The translations under genes and the position numbers were made by a program. DNA of 63,777 nt, counting the filler, from Circinaria calcarea (lineage: Eukaryota), in NCBI GenBank assembly GCA_051942165.1. It is 13 parts of 13 records of this genome, joined end to end, with 100 filler letters (N's around TTAATTAATTAA, not from the genome) between each part and the next. Parts side by side here need not be neighbours in the genome. Positions count along the whole stretch, not along the records: positions 49,170 to 53,972 come from JAVECS010002169.1; positions 54,073 to 58,875 come from JAVECS010002170.1; positions 58,976 to 63,777 come from JAVECS010002171.1; 10 more parts are not named here. The stretch is one strand, 5' to 3'. Below the pieces are notes generated by a model, which searched no databases, was not told the origin of the DNA, and worked only from the letters and a program-made list of their open reading frames with translations. Positions 49,170 to 61,904 of the stretch are shown here, one piece after another (the stretch's first letter is position 1; each line of letters starts with the position of its first letter).

Positions 49170-51323
49170 GCTCAGTTGAAGATGACCAGATAATCAAGGC
49201 GAAAGATCCAATTATTGACGTGAAAGCAGCAAGAAGGGCAGCAAAATTCCTTGAGGATCTTGAACTTGACAGTTCTAGATCGGAGCAGAAATCGGCGGGG
49301 AACTCTCGAAATTACGAACGTAGCCGATCGCGGCGGGATCAGCAATACACTGACGAATATGAAGACGAAGAGGACATGGCTTTAGCACGAGCCGAACGAA
49401 AGAAGCAACGAAAACGAGATAGAGCTGCACGGAAGGCGACTGCACCACCAACGCCTATTATTCTGCCAGAGTTTATCAGTATAGGGAATCTTGCTAGTGC
49501 TCTTCGGGTGAAAATCGACGAATTTGTAGAGAGGATGGTGTCTTTGGGTTTCGAGGAGACCAACAGCGATTATGTTCTTGATGCAGAGACAGCTGGTCTC
49601 ATTGCTACCGAATTTAATTACGACCCTATCATAGATCGAGGAGAAGCTGAAGATCTGGTAGCCCGACCTCCCGCGGAAGACAAGTCACTTTTACCACCGC
49701 GGCCACCTGTTGTTACGATTATGGGCCATGTGGATCATGGCAAGACCACACTTCTCGATTGGTTACGGAAATCTTCAGTGGCTGCATCTGAGCATGGTGG
49801 TATTACCCAGCACATAGGGGCTTTCACCGTCCCTATGCCCTCTGGGAAGATTATCACTTTCCTGGATACGCCTGGTCATGCTGCCTTTCTCAGTATGCGT
49901 CAGCGGGGTGCCAACGTCACCGATATTGTTATTCTCGTGGTTGCTGCTGATGATAGCGTAAAGCCTCAGACCGTTGAGGCCATCAAGCATGCCCAAACCG
50001 CCAAAGTGCCCATGATTGTTGCTATCAACAAGATTGACAAGGAAGGGTCCAACGTTGAGCGTGTAAAACAGGATCTGGCTCGCCATGGTGTGGATGTGGA
50101 AGACTTTGGTGGCGATACCCAGGTGGTCTGCGTCAGTGGCAAAACCGGTCAGGGCATGGACGAGCTCGAAGATGCTGCTGTTGCTCTCGCTGACATAATT
50201 GATATGCGCGCGGAGACGGACGGGCCAGCCGAAGGGTGGATTTTGGAAGCTACCACCAAGAAGGCAGGGCGTGTAGCAACTGTCCTTGTTCGACGTGGCA
50301 CCATATATCCCGGCAGCGTCATCGTGGCTGGCTCGACGTGGTCCAAAATTCGCAGCTTGAAGAATGAAGCAGGAGCACAAATCGACTCTGCTGGTCCTGG
50401 TACCCCTGTGGAAATTGACGGCTGGCGAGAACAGCCCGAGGCAGGTGATGAAGTGCTGGAGGCACCTGATGAGCAAAAGGCTAAGGATGTGGTAAATATT
50501 CGATTGGAACGTGCCGAGACAACCCAAATGGCGGTCGATATGGTTGCTGTCAATGAAACTCGCCGGATGGAACAGGAGAAGCGCGAACGTGAAGAACATG
50601 TCGCTGATAGTCAAGACGTAGAGAACGTGGACCCCCCGACCGGAATCAAGGAAGTCTTCTTCATAATCAAAGGCGATGTCAGTGGGTCTGTCGAGGCAGT
50701 ACTCAACAGCGTTTCGGCCCTAGGCAACGAAGAAGTACGGGCGCACATACTGCGGTTTGGTGTAGGCCCAGTTAGCGAGTTTGACGTCGAGCATGCTGCT
50801 GTTGCAAAGGGGCACATCATATCTTTCAATACCCCGGTTGACCCTAATATAACTCGCATGGCTGAAGCTGCGGGAGTTTCTATCTTGGACCAGAATATCA
50901 TCTACCGGCTTGTTGACGATGTCAAGGCAAAACTCTCCGAGCAGCTGGCTCCCTCGATTACCTCGCGTGTGCTCGGCGAAGCTGAAATTGCTCAGGTTTT
51001 TGACATTAATATCAAAGGCCGGGTCACCGTGCCGATTGCTGGGTGCAAAGTCCGTAACGGCGTCGTGACCAGGAACGGGAAGGTTAGGGTGCTTAGGGAG
51101 AGGGTGATGATCTACGATGGTTTGTCTTTCCAGCTCTCTACACATGTGAATGTACTGAATCAAAGTGCTAGGTTCGCTCTCATCGTTCAAGAACCAGAAG
51201 AAGGATGTCACGGAGATGCGCAAGGGGGGTGAGTGTGGTCTCGGGTTCGAGGGCTTTACGGATTTCAAGGTCGGGGATCAGGTGCAATGCTACGAGGAGA
51301 AGGTGGAGAAGCGATCATTGTAA
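49170..51323 (+). CDS. IFM1: Mitochondrial translation initiation factor IF-2 (5' cut by contig edge)
   Basis: RPPVVTIMGHVDHGKTT, GGITQHIGAF, DTPGHAAF, NKID, KGDVSGS. Intron ~51120-51171 before the final exon. Confidence 0.96.
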
Positions 51324-51919
51324 GATGACTGTAAGATATCACTGTACATGTTTGCATTCTGCCCTGGAGGAGGGTCTGTCGGGCATAGCTAGCGTGCGTT
51401 TATGGTGGGTGCAAGAGTGATGGTAGATGTAGATGTAGATGGGTGGTGTGTACACTTTTGAGGAGAGGTGAGGAGATAGTAGACCGTGTCCTTTGTCAAT
51501 CAAGGCATTCTGCTCCGCTGTTCATTTTGCCTCTCTATTCATGGTCTGCATGGATTTATGACTGTAATAGTAAAATAGGGGCCATGCGGTGGCTTTGGAA
51601 TCCACCCTCGTCTACTCGATATATATTCTCTGCATTCCCAGCCTGCCATTTTTCAAAGGGGAGGAGTCCCAAGATCTGAAGTGTTGGAATAATACCAAGA
51701 TACTAGTCGGTTCTCTTTGTTCCGCTACGGAAAGTGAGACCGGTATCTACTCTAACCCCGCCCCATTCACTCACGACTTTACCTACCCGACTCATCCAAA
51801 TACATTTCCGATTCTGCATATTGTTATTTGCTTGGCGGATCAGTCGGTAGCTTCTCTACTCGGTCTGATATTAGGATACACATTCGGTCACGGTATCTGA
51901 GCGTAGAGTGTTCAACTCC

Positions 51920-53609
51920 ATGGCCTACCCAGGTCAGCAGTACGGTGGTAATCACGGTGGATATCCTCAACAACCCTATTACGGCCCCCCCCAAGGTAGT
52001 TTTAACCTAAAGAGTCGATGACCATTGTTGAGCACTACCTAGGGCCCCCTCAAGGATACCCTCCTCCACAGCAATATCCGTGGGTGACACCTTGCCAGAG
52101 TTCGTTTTGCTATCCTGCTGATGAGACTTCCAGCCCTCAAGGCTACCCTCCCTACCCCCCACAAGCACCCCCATCTCCTCAACCCGGCTATGGCTATCCT
52201 CAAGCATCTCCTCCACCGCCCTTGTATGGGGGATACCAGGTTCGTCACCCGTGACGGGATACGGACGAGGCGCTCTGTTAACGCAAGTTAGTCTCCTCCG
52301 CCTCAAGGGCCACCACCAGGAGGCTACGGGTATGGCCCACCTCCACCAAACGGTGGACCGCAATACAATGGGAGACCTGGTAATATAACTGTGACCTTGG
52401 GTTAGGTACAGCCAGCTGAATCATCCTCAAGGTCTGCCCTCGGTCAGTTCCAACGCCTATGTTCACGGCAACCCGAACGCTCCGCCACCACCGCCGCAGA
52501 GCATGCAAAGCTTTGGTAACGGCGCCCCACAAGGCTACAGCTTTCAGTACTCCGCCTGTACCGGGCGGAGGAAGGCGTTACTGATAGGAATCAACTACTT
52601 TGGGCAACGGGGACAGCTGAGAGGTTGCATCAACGATGTCAAGAACATGTCGACATACTTGAATGAAAACTTCGGATACGCACGGGAGGACATGGTCATC
52701 TTGACGGATGACCAACAAAACCCTATGAGTCAGCCTACGAAAGCGAACATACTGCGTGCCATGCACTGGCTGGTGAAGGACGCAAAACCCAATGATTCGC
52801 TATTCTTTCATTACTCTGGTCAGTAGTATATTGGCATACAGGCGCTGCATCTACTGATATAGTGATCTTAGGACACGGTGGCCAGACACCAGATTTGGAT
52901 GGAGATGAAGACGATGGATATGACGAAGTGATCTATCCGGTCGACTTTAGGACTGCCGGACATATTACGGATGACGAAATGCATCGGATTCTGGTCAAGT
53001 CACTGCAACCAGGTGTTCGTCTGACTGCCATTTTCGATTCCTGCCACTCTGGATCGGCCCTCGATCTTCCCTATCTCTACTCCACCCAGGGTGTACTCAA
53101 GGAGCCGAATCTGGCAAAGGAGGCTGGGCAGGGTTTACTCGGTATTGTATCTGCATATGCACGAGGTGATTTGGGAGGTGTCGCATCGACCGCCATGGGC
53201 TTCTTCAAGAAAGCCACGACTGGTGATGCGGCCTACACCAAGGCTCTGCAGACGAAGACTTCGCCGGCTGATGTAATCATGTGGTCTGGCAGCAAGGACA
53301 CACAAACATCGTAAGCTGACGCTCCCAACCATGCATACTATTGCTAATCGCTCCGGTTTGCAGGCAAGATGCACAAATTAACAACGAAGCCACCGGTGCC
53401 ATGTCGTGGGCATTCATCACAGCACTCAAGAAAAATCCGCAGCAAAGCTACGTGCAACTTCTCAACAGCATCCGCGATGAACTTGCCAGCAAGTACACCC
53501 AGAAGCCGCAATTGAGCTGCAGTCATCCTCTGAGTAGGTCGAGTTAATCTTTATATCAACATACCGCTGATGGAATTATCTAGATACGAATCTCTTATAC
53601 GTGATGTAA
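51920..53609 (+). CDS. MCA1: Type I metacaspase
   Basis: Pro/Gln/Tyr-rich prodomain, [18 protein letters not shown], catalytic HYSGHG and DSCHSG; multiple introns. Confidence 0.97.
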
Positions 53610-53972
53610 ATTTAAAAACTCGGGTGCCGAAACGAGCTGGGAAAATCGTAGAAATTGCGGGTATTTTTAAATTTTAAATAAATTTCATAAATAAAATCGT
53701 AAATCTATCACCATTATCCGCAGCATCCTTTAAGGATGCTATATTAATTTAAGGTTCGTGCTACTACTATTTGCACGCGTTAACGATTTTTGAATTAATC
53801 GAGTCGGAATTATTTATATTCGAATAAATAAGAATTGAATTTTTAATTATTTTTTAATATTTTTAATATATTAAATAAATAGGGGTTAATTTTAATAAAT
53901 ATTATAAAAAAATCGAAAAATTATTAATTTTTTATAATAATATTTAATTACGAAAATTATATATTATTAAAA
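53610..53972. repeat. AT-rich, probably RIP-mutated repeat/transposon relic
   Basis: GC drops abruptly. CpA/TpG are scarce while TpA is abundant and CpG is retained. Confidence 0.65.
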
Positions 53973-54072
53973 NNNNNNNNNNNNNNNNNNNNNNNNNNNN
54001 NNNNNNNNNNNNNNNNTTAATTAATTAANNNNNNNNNNNNNNNNNNNNNNNNNNNNNNNNNNNNNNNNNNNN

Positions 54073-54398
54073 TCCCCCAACCTACGCCCCCATCCCGCCA
54101 GACCCTCATCTCCTCTCCGAACTACTGGTCCCTCGAAGCAACCGCTTTCCGCATCTGGCGGCTCCAACTCGCCGCCACACCCAAGCTACTGCCGCCGCAA
54201 CCGGATAGCAAAACGGAGGCGGAAATGGAGGTCCGCGCCGCCAGGATGACGGCCGAGACGGTAGGATGCGAGCTGCCGGCGCGGGAAACGTTGATCGATG
54301 ACAAGGAGTACTGGGAGATTGAGAGGGAGGCTTGGAGGGAGTGGGAGATACGGAATAGGGGGAGTGACACGGGAGGGGGAAAGCCGACAGGAAGCTAG
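54073..54398 (+). CDS. Possible 3' end of a hypothetical protein
   Basis: Open frame from the contig edge with an internal repeat (PSRQTLISSPNYWSLEATAFR / PARETLIDDKEYWEIEREAWR), ending in TAG. Confidence 0.35.
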
Positions 54399-55190
54399 GG
54401 GTTTGGGAAGAATTTGCCCCGCTACGGGAAAGAGAAAAGGATGGCAGTCGAGAAGTACTGGCTATGCCAGTTGACTGTTTTGGCGGTTGGGCGGTTGGAC
54501 GGGGAAGAACACGACTGATGGTGTGGCTTTCAACGGGAGGAACAGTGGCCTTTTTCCCTATCCCATGGGGCAATTGACTTGAGATTAAGAGGAGCGTGCA
54601 CACCCTCTGTTTTTTGGGAGATTGCGGAGAAAGACGTGATTGTACCCTGGGTCACGACTATGAGGATTGCTTACAGTTCCATCACTGTATATTGAGATTC
54701 CCGATGACAGTTTCGTTGGCCCGCTACACTGTTCATCTTGTTCTCTTGGAATATTTGCCATTCTGCCGCTTCAATCAATCAGGATTGCACCCAAGCTGGC
54801 AGTGGATTGCATGCTAACCTAATTTCCTAGATAACAGAAGGGCGGAGTAATTCCCTCTTTCGCAACAAGCCTCTGTTATTACAAGCGAAGTTGGTAAAGG
54901 CGGTTAACCAGATCATGAGGAACGTTAGATCATGAAATTTTGCTTCCCTGTCCGTTCATAGCGTGTATCGAAAGTGCCATGAAGCTGGCGAGAGAAAGGA
55001 ACATTTTTGCGAATACATTAGCTTCCAGTACTGGTACCAAAAGCAGGCTCTGATAAAGATAAAAGCTTATCAGATGTATGGCTAGAGCCCTAATTGATTG
55101 GTTGCCTGAAAGCCATAGGCATAGTTTCCACGGATAGTCAGACCGTTGGATTTCCTCGCTCGGATCCTATCATAAATAAGCTGGAGTCGG

Positions 55191-56516
55191 TCATGGATAT
55201 TCATCATTGAGGCTATAATTGAACTCACCATAATGACTGTCGTTCAGTGCGCCACTCATGACGGGAACGCCGTCAGGATAATACGGGCCACCAGGATGAA
55301 GAGCTTGTGCTGTCTGTAGCTCCATCAGCCAGTCTGAACATCATATTGCGTAACTTGGCAGGTAATGAAATTCGCATGAACGACGCGATGGTGCTTCATC
55401 ATCAGCCAAAATAGTAGTATACTGACATCGACATTAACATCTACCATCTTGTCCCCTTCAACTCGTACTTCCTTATCTCGCAATTGCCGCATCAGTGCGA
55501 GGAAGTTACTTTGCTGAAATTTCTGGCTTCGCTCATCCTTCAGACTATCTAATAATTGCCCCGCTGTCTTGGCAAGCTCATCTGCATCGGCTTCACCTTG
55601 CCTGTCACTTTGCTCAGATGTAGTCTCGCCAGAGTTGTGCCCTAGGTCTGTGGAGTTTTGTAGAAAGGCGTCGAAGTCGAAGTTATCTAAGTCGGGATTA
55701 TTAATATCACCGACAACCAGATCACCATCCCTGGGTTGGAAACTCTGAATATTCTCCTGGATTTCGAGGGTGCGTGCATAGGCCGAAATAGTCTGACCAA
55801 GGTCGGCCGGGCTATCCATCCCCTTTGGCTCGGCATCCATAATTTCCATTCTTGCAGCATCAAATGCTTTCTCAAAAGCTACCTCGTCGAAAGTGTCGTC
55901 AACAGCATTTTCTGGTCGGTTCTGTTGCGCCATGGATGAAGTAGGAGGATTCAGGTTGTAAAACTCCGGTAACTGTGACTGGCGCTGTTGCCAGATCATA
56001 CCACCATACCCCCGAGGCGCATGAGACTGCTGGTGAAAGGAGGCGTTCTGCTGGTGCAGGAACTCTTGGTGCCAGTCACCCGGTATAGTCCTTTGTAAGG
56101 GGGCCGCATGCCTGAATTGAGAGGGCGATATTGGGGAAGATCGAACTTCGTTTAAGTTCAGTTGCTGAAAATCAGATGCCCAGCCCGGTACCTCTTGCTG
56201 TATATGTGGTGGCGATGCAAAATGTGCCGATGTGCCATCGTGAAACGGAGATTGGTGCAGATCGCCCCTAGGGAGAAATCCTGCCTGGAAAGATTCGAAC
56301 TCTGCATCAAGAATGCCTACGTTAGATTCAGCACTTGATCGAAAACCCTATAAGAAGTTTTGTCAGCATCCAAACCCAGCTGTACGTTCCATCAGCACAA
56401 ACCTGAGCAGGTAATTGCCGATTTGCTAGCCGATCCTGTTGTAGAGTCCTGTCAACAGAAGCATGCTTGTGTATGTTTTGCAGGGCATTTGAAGGACCGC
56501 AAAGAGCGTCAGCCAT
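55191..56516 (-). CDS. PEX20: PTS2 co-receptor peroxin Pex20 (3' exon boundaries approximate)
   Basis: MADALCGPSNALQ with the conserved Cys, WxxxF motifs (WASDF, WHQEF), Pex7-binding KFQQSNFLALMRQLRD. No TPR domain, so not Pex5. Confidence 0.85.
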
Positions 56517-56749
56517 GGTGGTGTCTGGATAATACTGGCTGTACGTTACTTAAAGTTTGAAAGAAGAACCTCGGAGATGCTCAATGAGGAGGCGGAGATG
56601 AGATCACAAGTGATTTAATTCCTCACATCAATAAACCCGGGGTTCAACCGAGGCCAGAGTACCCTGCTGCCGATCATCAGCCCTATCAAACAGCTAAGAT
56701 TGTTTACAGATATCCCCGACGTTGGGTCTCTGTACATGATATAGTCACA

Positions 56750-57978
56750 ATGGTCAGTGAACAAGCTCCAAATATAAAGGAATGACCTACTGACAAACCT
56801 CAGGCACAAGTAATATCAAACTCCGGTCACGATGATATGATAGTACGCAACTCCTGATCCACGAACGCAATACTCAAGGGTGCCCCAAGCTCTCTGATGT
56901 AAACTCGAAGCTAATTTGGATTCGCATAGCACGATGCAGTACTCGATTACTATGGGCGACGGCTTGCAACATGTTCCTCTGACAAAACCATCAAGATCTT
57001 CGAAATCGAAGGCGAGACACATAAACTTACAGAAACACTAAGAGGGTACTCTCCCTTTCAACGCTCTCCATATCCCGCAGCTTTTCTAATTCTTCTCCCA
57101 AAGACATGATGGTGCAGTCTGGTGCGTTGCATGGGTACTTTCCCTTCTCCCCTCTCTCTAATCTGCCACTGAACTCAATCCCAGGCCCACCCCAAATTCG
57201 GCACTATTCTAGCCTCCTCCTCCTACGACGGCCACGTTCTAATATGGCGTTCCACCCCTCCCACCCACAAATTCGCCAAAATATTCGACTTCGCCCTACA
57301 CACCGCCTCTGTAAACCTCCTTTCCTGGGCGCCTCACGAATGCGGTTGCGTGCTCGCTTGCGCTTCGTCAGACGGTAGCATCTCCGTGCTCGAATTCAAT
57401 GACAACAACTATACACATGTAATGCTGCACGGAGCGCACGGATTAGGTGTCAATAGCGTATGCTGGGGTCCTGCGGCCAAGGGGGGAAGTCTCGTCAGTG
57501 CGGCACCGGTGGACAAGCCGGGGAGGCGGTTTGTGAGCGGAGGAAGTGACTGTCTCGTCAAGATATGGGAATGGAAGTATGTATCCCCCCTCCCCTTCGG
57601 TCTTTATGACTGGGTTCATGAGTATCCAGTTCCGACCAAAAAACCTACACGACAACGCACACCCTCCCCGGCCACAGCGACTGGGTCCGCGACGTCTCCT
57701 GGTCCCCCAGCATCCTCTCCAAATCCTACATCGCCTCCGCGTCACAGGACAAAACCGTCCGGATCTGGACCTGTGACCCTCCCCCTCGAGACCCTTCCCA
57801 GTCGCAAGGCCCCCAGGAATGGAAATGCAAGACGTTGAATTTCGACGCGGTATTGTGGCGAGTGAGTTGGAGTCTGAGCGGGAATGTATTGGCGGTCAGT
57901 GGCGGGGATAATAAAGTTAGTTTGTGGAAGGAGAACTTGAAGGGGGAGTGGGATTGTGTCAAGTGGATTGAGGAGTAG
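56750..57978 (+). CDS. SEC13: COPII coat / nucleoporin WD40 protein Sec13
   Basis: NSGHDDMI | [58 protein letters not shown]. Divergent from PEX20, 233 bp apart. Confidence 0.96.
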
Positions 57979-59005
57979 GATAATATGAATCGTCACGTCG
58001 CGTATAGAGGTCTTTTATGATACTTACAAAATCCATTTAAGCATATCCACCCTTTTCTATTATCTCAAAATTCTTAATTTCTACTCCTTCCAGCTTTCCC
58101 GAGGTCTCCCAAAGCAATTATAGCCACGCCCCGCCAACCCGCCAGCCTCCCCCAACCAACTCAACCTCCCCTTGGATTCCCCTTCCCTTACCCAATCCTC
58201 AAGGCCTCGAAGCGCCTGGAATGGGCGAGGAAGATAGACTAGCCTAGAACCGTGAGAACATCGCCACAAAATACTATAAGCATCAGAATGAGCTGTGGAA
58301 GAGAGTAACTCCATTTTATTGCCATGGGGCTTCAAGACCAAGCCCAATTTCTTCTAACTAATTGTACTATATACAACGGGCGGGACTTTCGCCCGGCTAA
58401 AATACACTGGAGGTGGTTATCTTTAATGCAAATGAACACCCTGCGTGCACACAATAAGTAAGTCCACAGAGATCAGGGCTATATGTTCCCTGGTGGAGAC
58501 TTGTCCGTTTGCAAGTCTGGTCTTCGTTGCCTTACCGTTAGCATCTATTTCTTCCCTGCCTACTATTGCCATCTCTTCCTTGCCCTACTATTACCACCAT
58601 ACATCTTCCGACATCTTCCGACATCTTCAGGGCAATTTCCCCCTGACTTTTATGTCTTGAGGTTATTTAGACAGAGCAGGCCTGTCGGTGCCTCATTCTA
58701 GAGCCGCGCAAAGTCGGCTACTCCGGAGCATCATCTATTATCATTGGCCAACTTGGTAGACTCAGAACTCCAGGCGGGCCTGTCGGTCGTTGGTTGCCGT
58801 CTCGGGGTGTTGTCTTATCCGCGATAGAGGCCAACACATCATCCATCGACGTTACCAGGCCGGCGTTGACGTAGGNNNNNNNNNNNNNNNNNNNNNNNNN
58901 NNNNNNNNNNNNNNNNNNNTTAATTAATTAANNNNNNNNNNNNNNNNNNNNNNNNNNNNNNNNNNNNNNNNNNNNCCCTAACCCCCCGCCCAATTTCCCC
59001 CTCTC

Positions 59006-59813
59006 TTACCGCATAACCGGCGCCCTCCCCTCCCGATTCCACTTGACGCGACTCCGCACCCATTCGACCGCTTCCTTGACTCCTGTTCCCGTCAACGCGC
59101 TGACGGGCAACACCCGACTGTCCCTGACGTTTCCGCCCTTTTCCCCTTCAAACACCGGTCGCACGAGCCCCTCCTTGATACGCACCGTCTCGACGCAGTC
59201 CTCGCGGTCTTGCTTGTTGGCGAGCACGAGGATGGGGATGCCGGTGGTGGAAGGGGAGGCGAGGACGGATTCGAGCACGAGGCGGCATTCGGCGAGGCGG
59301 CCGGGGTGGTGATGGGAGTGGGAGTTAGCTTTATTTTCGGACGGGGGAGTGGAGGAGGAGGAAGATAGGTTGGTACCAGCGGTCGAGTTGGAGCTGGGGT
59401 GATTCTGTTGCTGGGAAGCGAGGTACGACAGATCGGCGTCGCCGACGTCCGAACTGTCAATCACAAAGATGATCGCGTGGCAGCTACTGTAGTAGCTCTG
59501 CCAGAGTTTTCGCAACGAGTGCTGTCCGCCCACGTCCCAGATCTTCAGGTACATGTCCGGCAACGTGATGGTGGAAACATTTTGGCCAACGGTGGGGACA
59601 GTTTTTGCGGCGGGGAGGGGATGGTCGGGGAGGAAGAGGGATTTGATAGAGGAGAGGAGGGTGGTTTTACCGGCGTTATCGAGGCCGAGAAGGAGGATGG
59701 AGTACTCTGCGCGCAGGATCAGTGGTGAGTTGGGGGTAAGGTTTCCGGGAGGAGAGAAGGGAACCTTCTTTGCTGGTAGCGTAGAGGTAGAGGGATTTTA
59801 CTAGGTGGTACAT
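59006..59813 (-). CDS. ARL3: ARF-related GTPase Arl3/ARFRP1
   Basis: MYHLVKSLYLYATSKE | EYSILLLGLDNAGKTT, PTVGQN, WDVGGQ, NKQD. The non-myristoylated MY start is typical of Arl3/ARFRP1. Confidence 0.92.
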
Positions 59814-60381
59814 GGTTTAATCTAGGGTTGGGCTGGAGCAAGCTTGCGCAATGGCAGCTGCATCTGGGAGCGGAGTGTTGCAACCATGCTCGAAATGTCC
59901 ACAGGACGGCTGGCGATGCTGTGAGAATGAGCAACACATGAGACTGACCTATGAATAGCTACGTATCTTATCTTAGTGTCCGTTAAGTCTTGGCATCAAA
60001 CGACTACGTTCTATATCTTCGTCCTGACTGCGATGCTAACATTCCTTCATCAACTTCCCTAGATATCTAAGGCATTTTCGACCTTACGTTCGTAGAAGGA
60101 GCCGTACCTCAATTAAATATACCTCATCTCTCTATTCACAAATGTTATAATCCAACCAGGAGCAAGTCACTATGGCGCCAATTAAGGAGTTCCGCGAAGC
60201 TTCGACGCGGTCCCAAGGATGGACTTTATCGTCACTATTATATATGCCCTTGAGACTAGTAGAAAAGACTTTTTTCCCGCCGTGAATTTTAATTCTCGAA
60301 ATCATCCTAGCTTATCAGAGCATTCCACTACATCTACCATCACTACTCGATAAATCTTTTGGCACTTTATCACCGCGCAGG

Positions 60382-61424
60382 ATGACTTCTTATTCTTCGA
60401 CGATAGAGCCACGTCACAACGTCTCAAAGGTTAATCTCCCATGTTACCCGACGCTAGACGATATCAACGAAGGCGGCGGGCCTCCAGCTGCAAAGCATTA
60501 TACCAAAGAAACCATTGCAGCACTCCAGTGCATAACCGTACTTTCACAACGTCGAAAGCCAGATGTAAATCTTCAAAACACTCGAATGTGTAAGTACTTG
60601 ATTCATTTAAAGTAACAGCGTGTACAATGCTAATATCTATCTGGCTAGATGTTGGGAATGCATTCGCCTTCTCCTTCAATTACTTATTCACGACTTTCCA
60701 CACCATCTGCGAAAACGATCCCGATTTCAGAATCGAAAGTATTTGGATTTCTGACCGGCTCGACCCTACCATACGACTGTACAAACTGGAAGTCGTTGGA
60801 GTCCAGAAGGCAATCGATGTCGCCGTTCTACGCTGTCGTGACGTTCATTTTTCCCGACTTTCGCTACAAGCGACGAGTCTTCAAACTTTCCGGTCAGTTT
60901 ACACGGTAAACCGTGTTGAATCTAGGATAGTTACAGTACCTTTGGGGCGTGCCTATCCAGGACCGCAGGTGTATATGGGACGATGTGATGCTCCTTCAGC
61001 ACAAGAACGGTCGGGAGGACCCGTCCTCGACACAAAAGGTCAAGTTATAGGAATGCTGAAGGGGACACTGGGAGAAGTGGAGGGGGTTTTCGTCACAACA
61101 GAAGGCCTGTTGTATGCACTGGCTCGAATAGACAACTCGCGGGAATTGTGTCAGTGGGGAATAAAGGCGGCGATATCGGAAGAAAGACTATTGGACGGTG
61201 CAGAACCAAGGGAACGGTATGGAATCGAGAAGGAATCCCGCAAGCGACCTCTACTGGAAGTGATGACGACTGGGAGGGAGAGCCCCAAAACCTCGAAACT
61301 GACTGCCGACAGCGTGGATTCGACAAAGCAGCATGTTAAAAAGTACTCTTGGAAACCAACACCGATAGTGTTGCCAAAACTGATGCTTACCGGATTACTT
61401 GGCTCAAAGCCAAGGGTGGTGTAG
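60382..61424 (+). CDS. Intracellular trypsin-like (HtrA/Trypsin_2-type) peptidase-domain protein
   Basis: Intron 60590-60648 joins the two ORFs in frame. GNAF..LFTTFH, DVAVL and SGGPVLDTKGQVIGM give the His/Asp/Ser order. Confidence 0.7.
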
Positions 61425-61904
61425 GGACTTTGGGTCGTTGAAACGTTTCAACTCTCCCGTTTACGAGAAGATTGTGAACGTGAGTTCGCATGGCCTGGTA
61501 GCTCCATGCCCGAATGAGACCGCTCAAGCGATCCATCAGATATTTCGGGGTAGCTTTTCAAATAAATCAGAGATAAAAGGCAGGGATTATCTCAACCCCG
61601 ATATTTCCATTTAAAATTTAGCTGCGATAGCCGAATGTAGATGACAACGCAAAGAATAAGGGAAGTAAAGATAGAACCAAAGGATCCCAACTGTACTGCT
61701 AAGGTGTACTGGAGACTGCCGTTGCTCGTACATCAGATATCAGGGTTAAATGGGACCGGTATTATTATAAGTTTATCCTTAGGGGCACATTTCGGCGCCT
61801 ATTGATAATGCCTTTTTAAATATATAACTTATTTGAATTTTCTAGCAAATTACTGCCTGGTCCTGAGCCATTGTCTCAACGTGCTCAGCCGATATCTGCA
61901 AAAC

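Noticed and set aside
49339..51268. Long antisense ORFs over IF2 (likewise over the P450, SDR, DDI1 and BCKDHB genes)
   Set aside because: Shadow ORFs caused by codon bias of the real genes.
53610..53972. Mitochondrial insertion (NUMT)
   Set aside because: No mitochondrial gene is seen, and the CpA-depleted, CpG-retaining pattern fits RIP better. Not formally excluded.
55191..56516. PEX5
   Set aside because: Similar N-terminus, but no TPR domain and a Pex7-binding C-terminus indicate Pex20.
58377..58630. CGGGCG..CGCCCG hairpin and (ACATCTTCCG)x3
   Set aside because: Too short and isolated to distinguish from chance or slippage.
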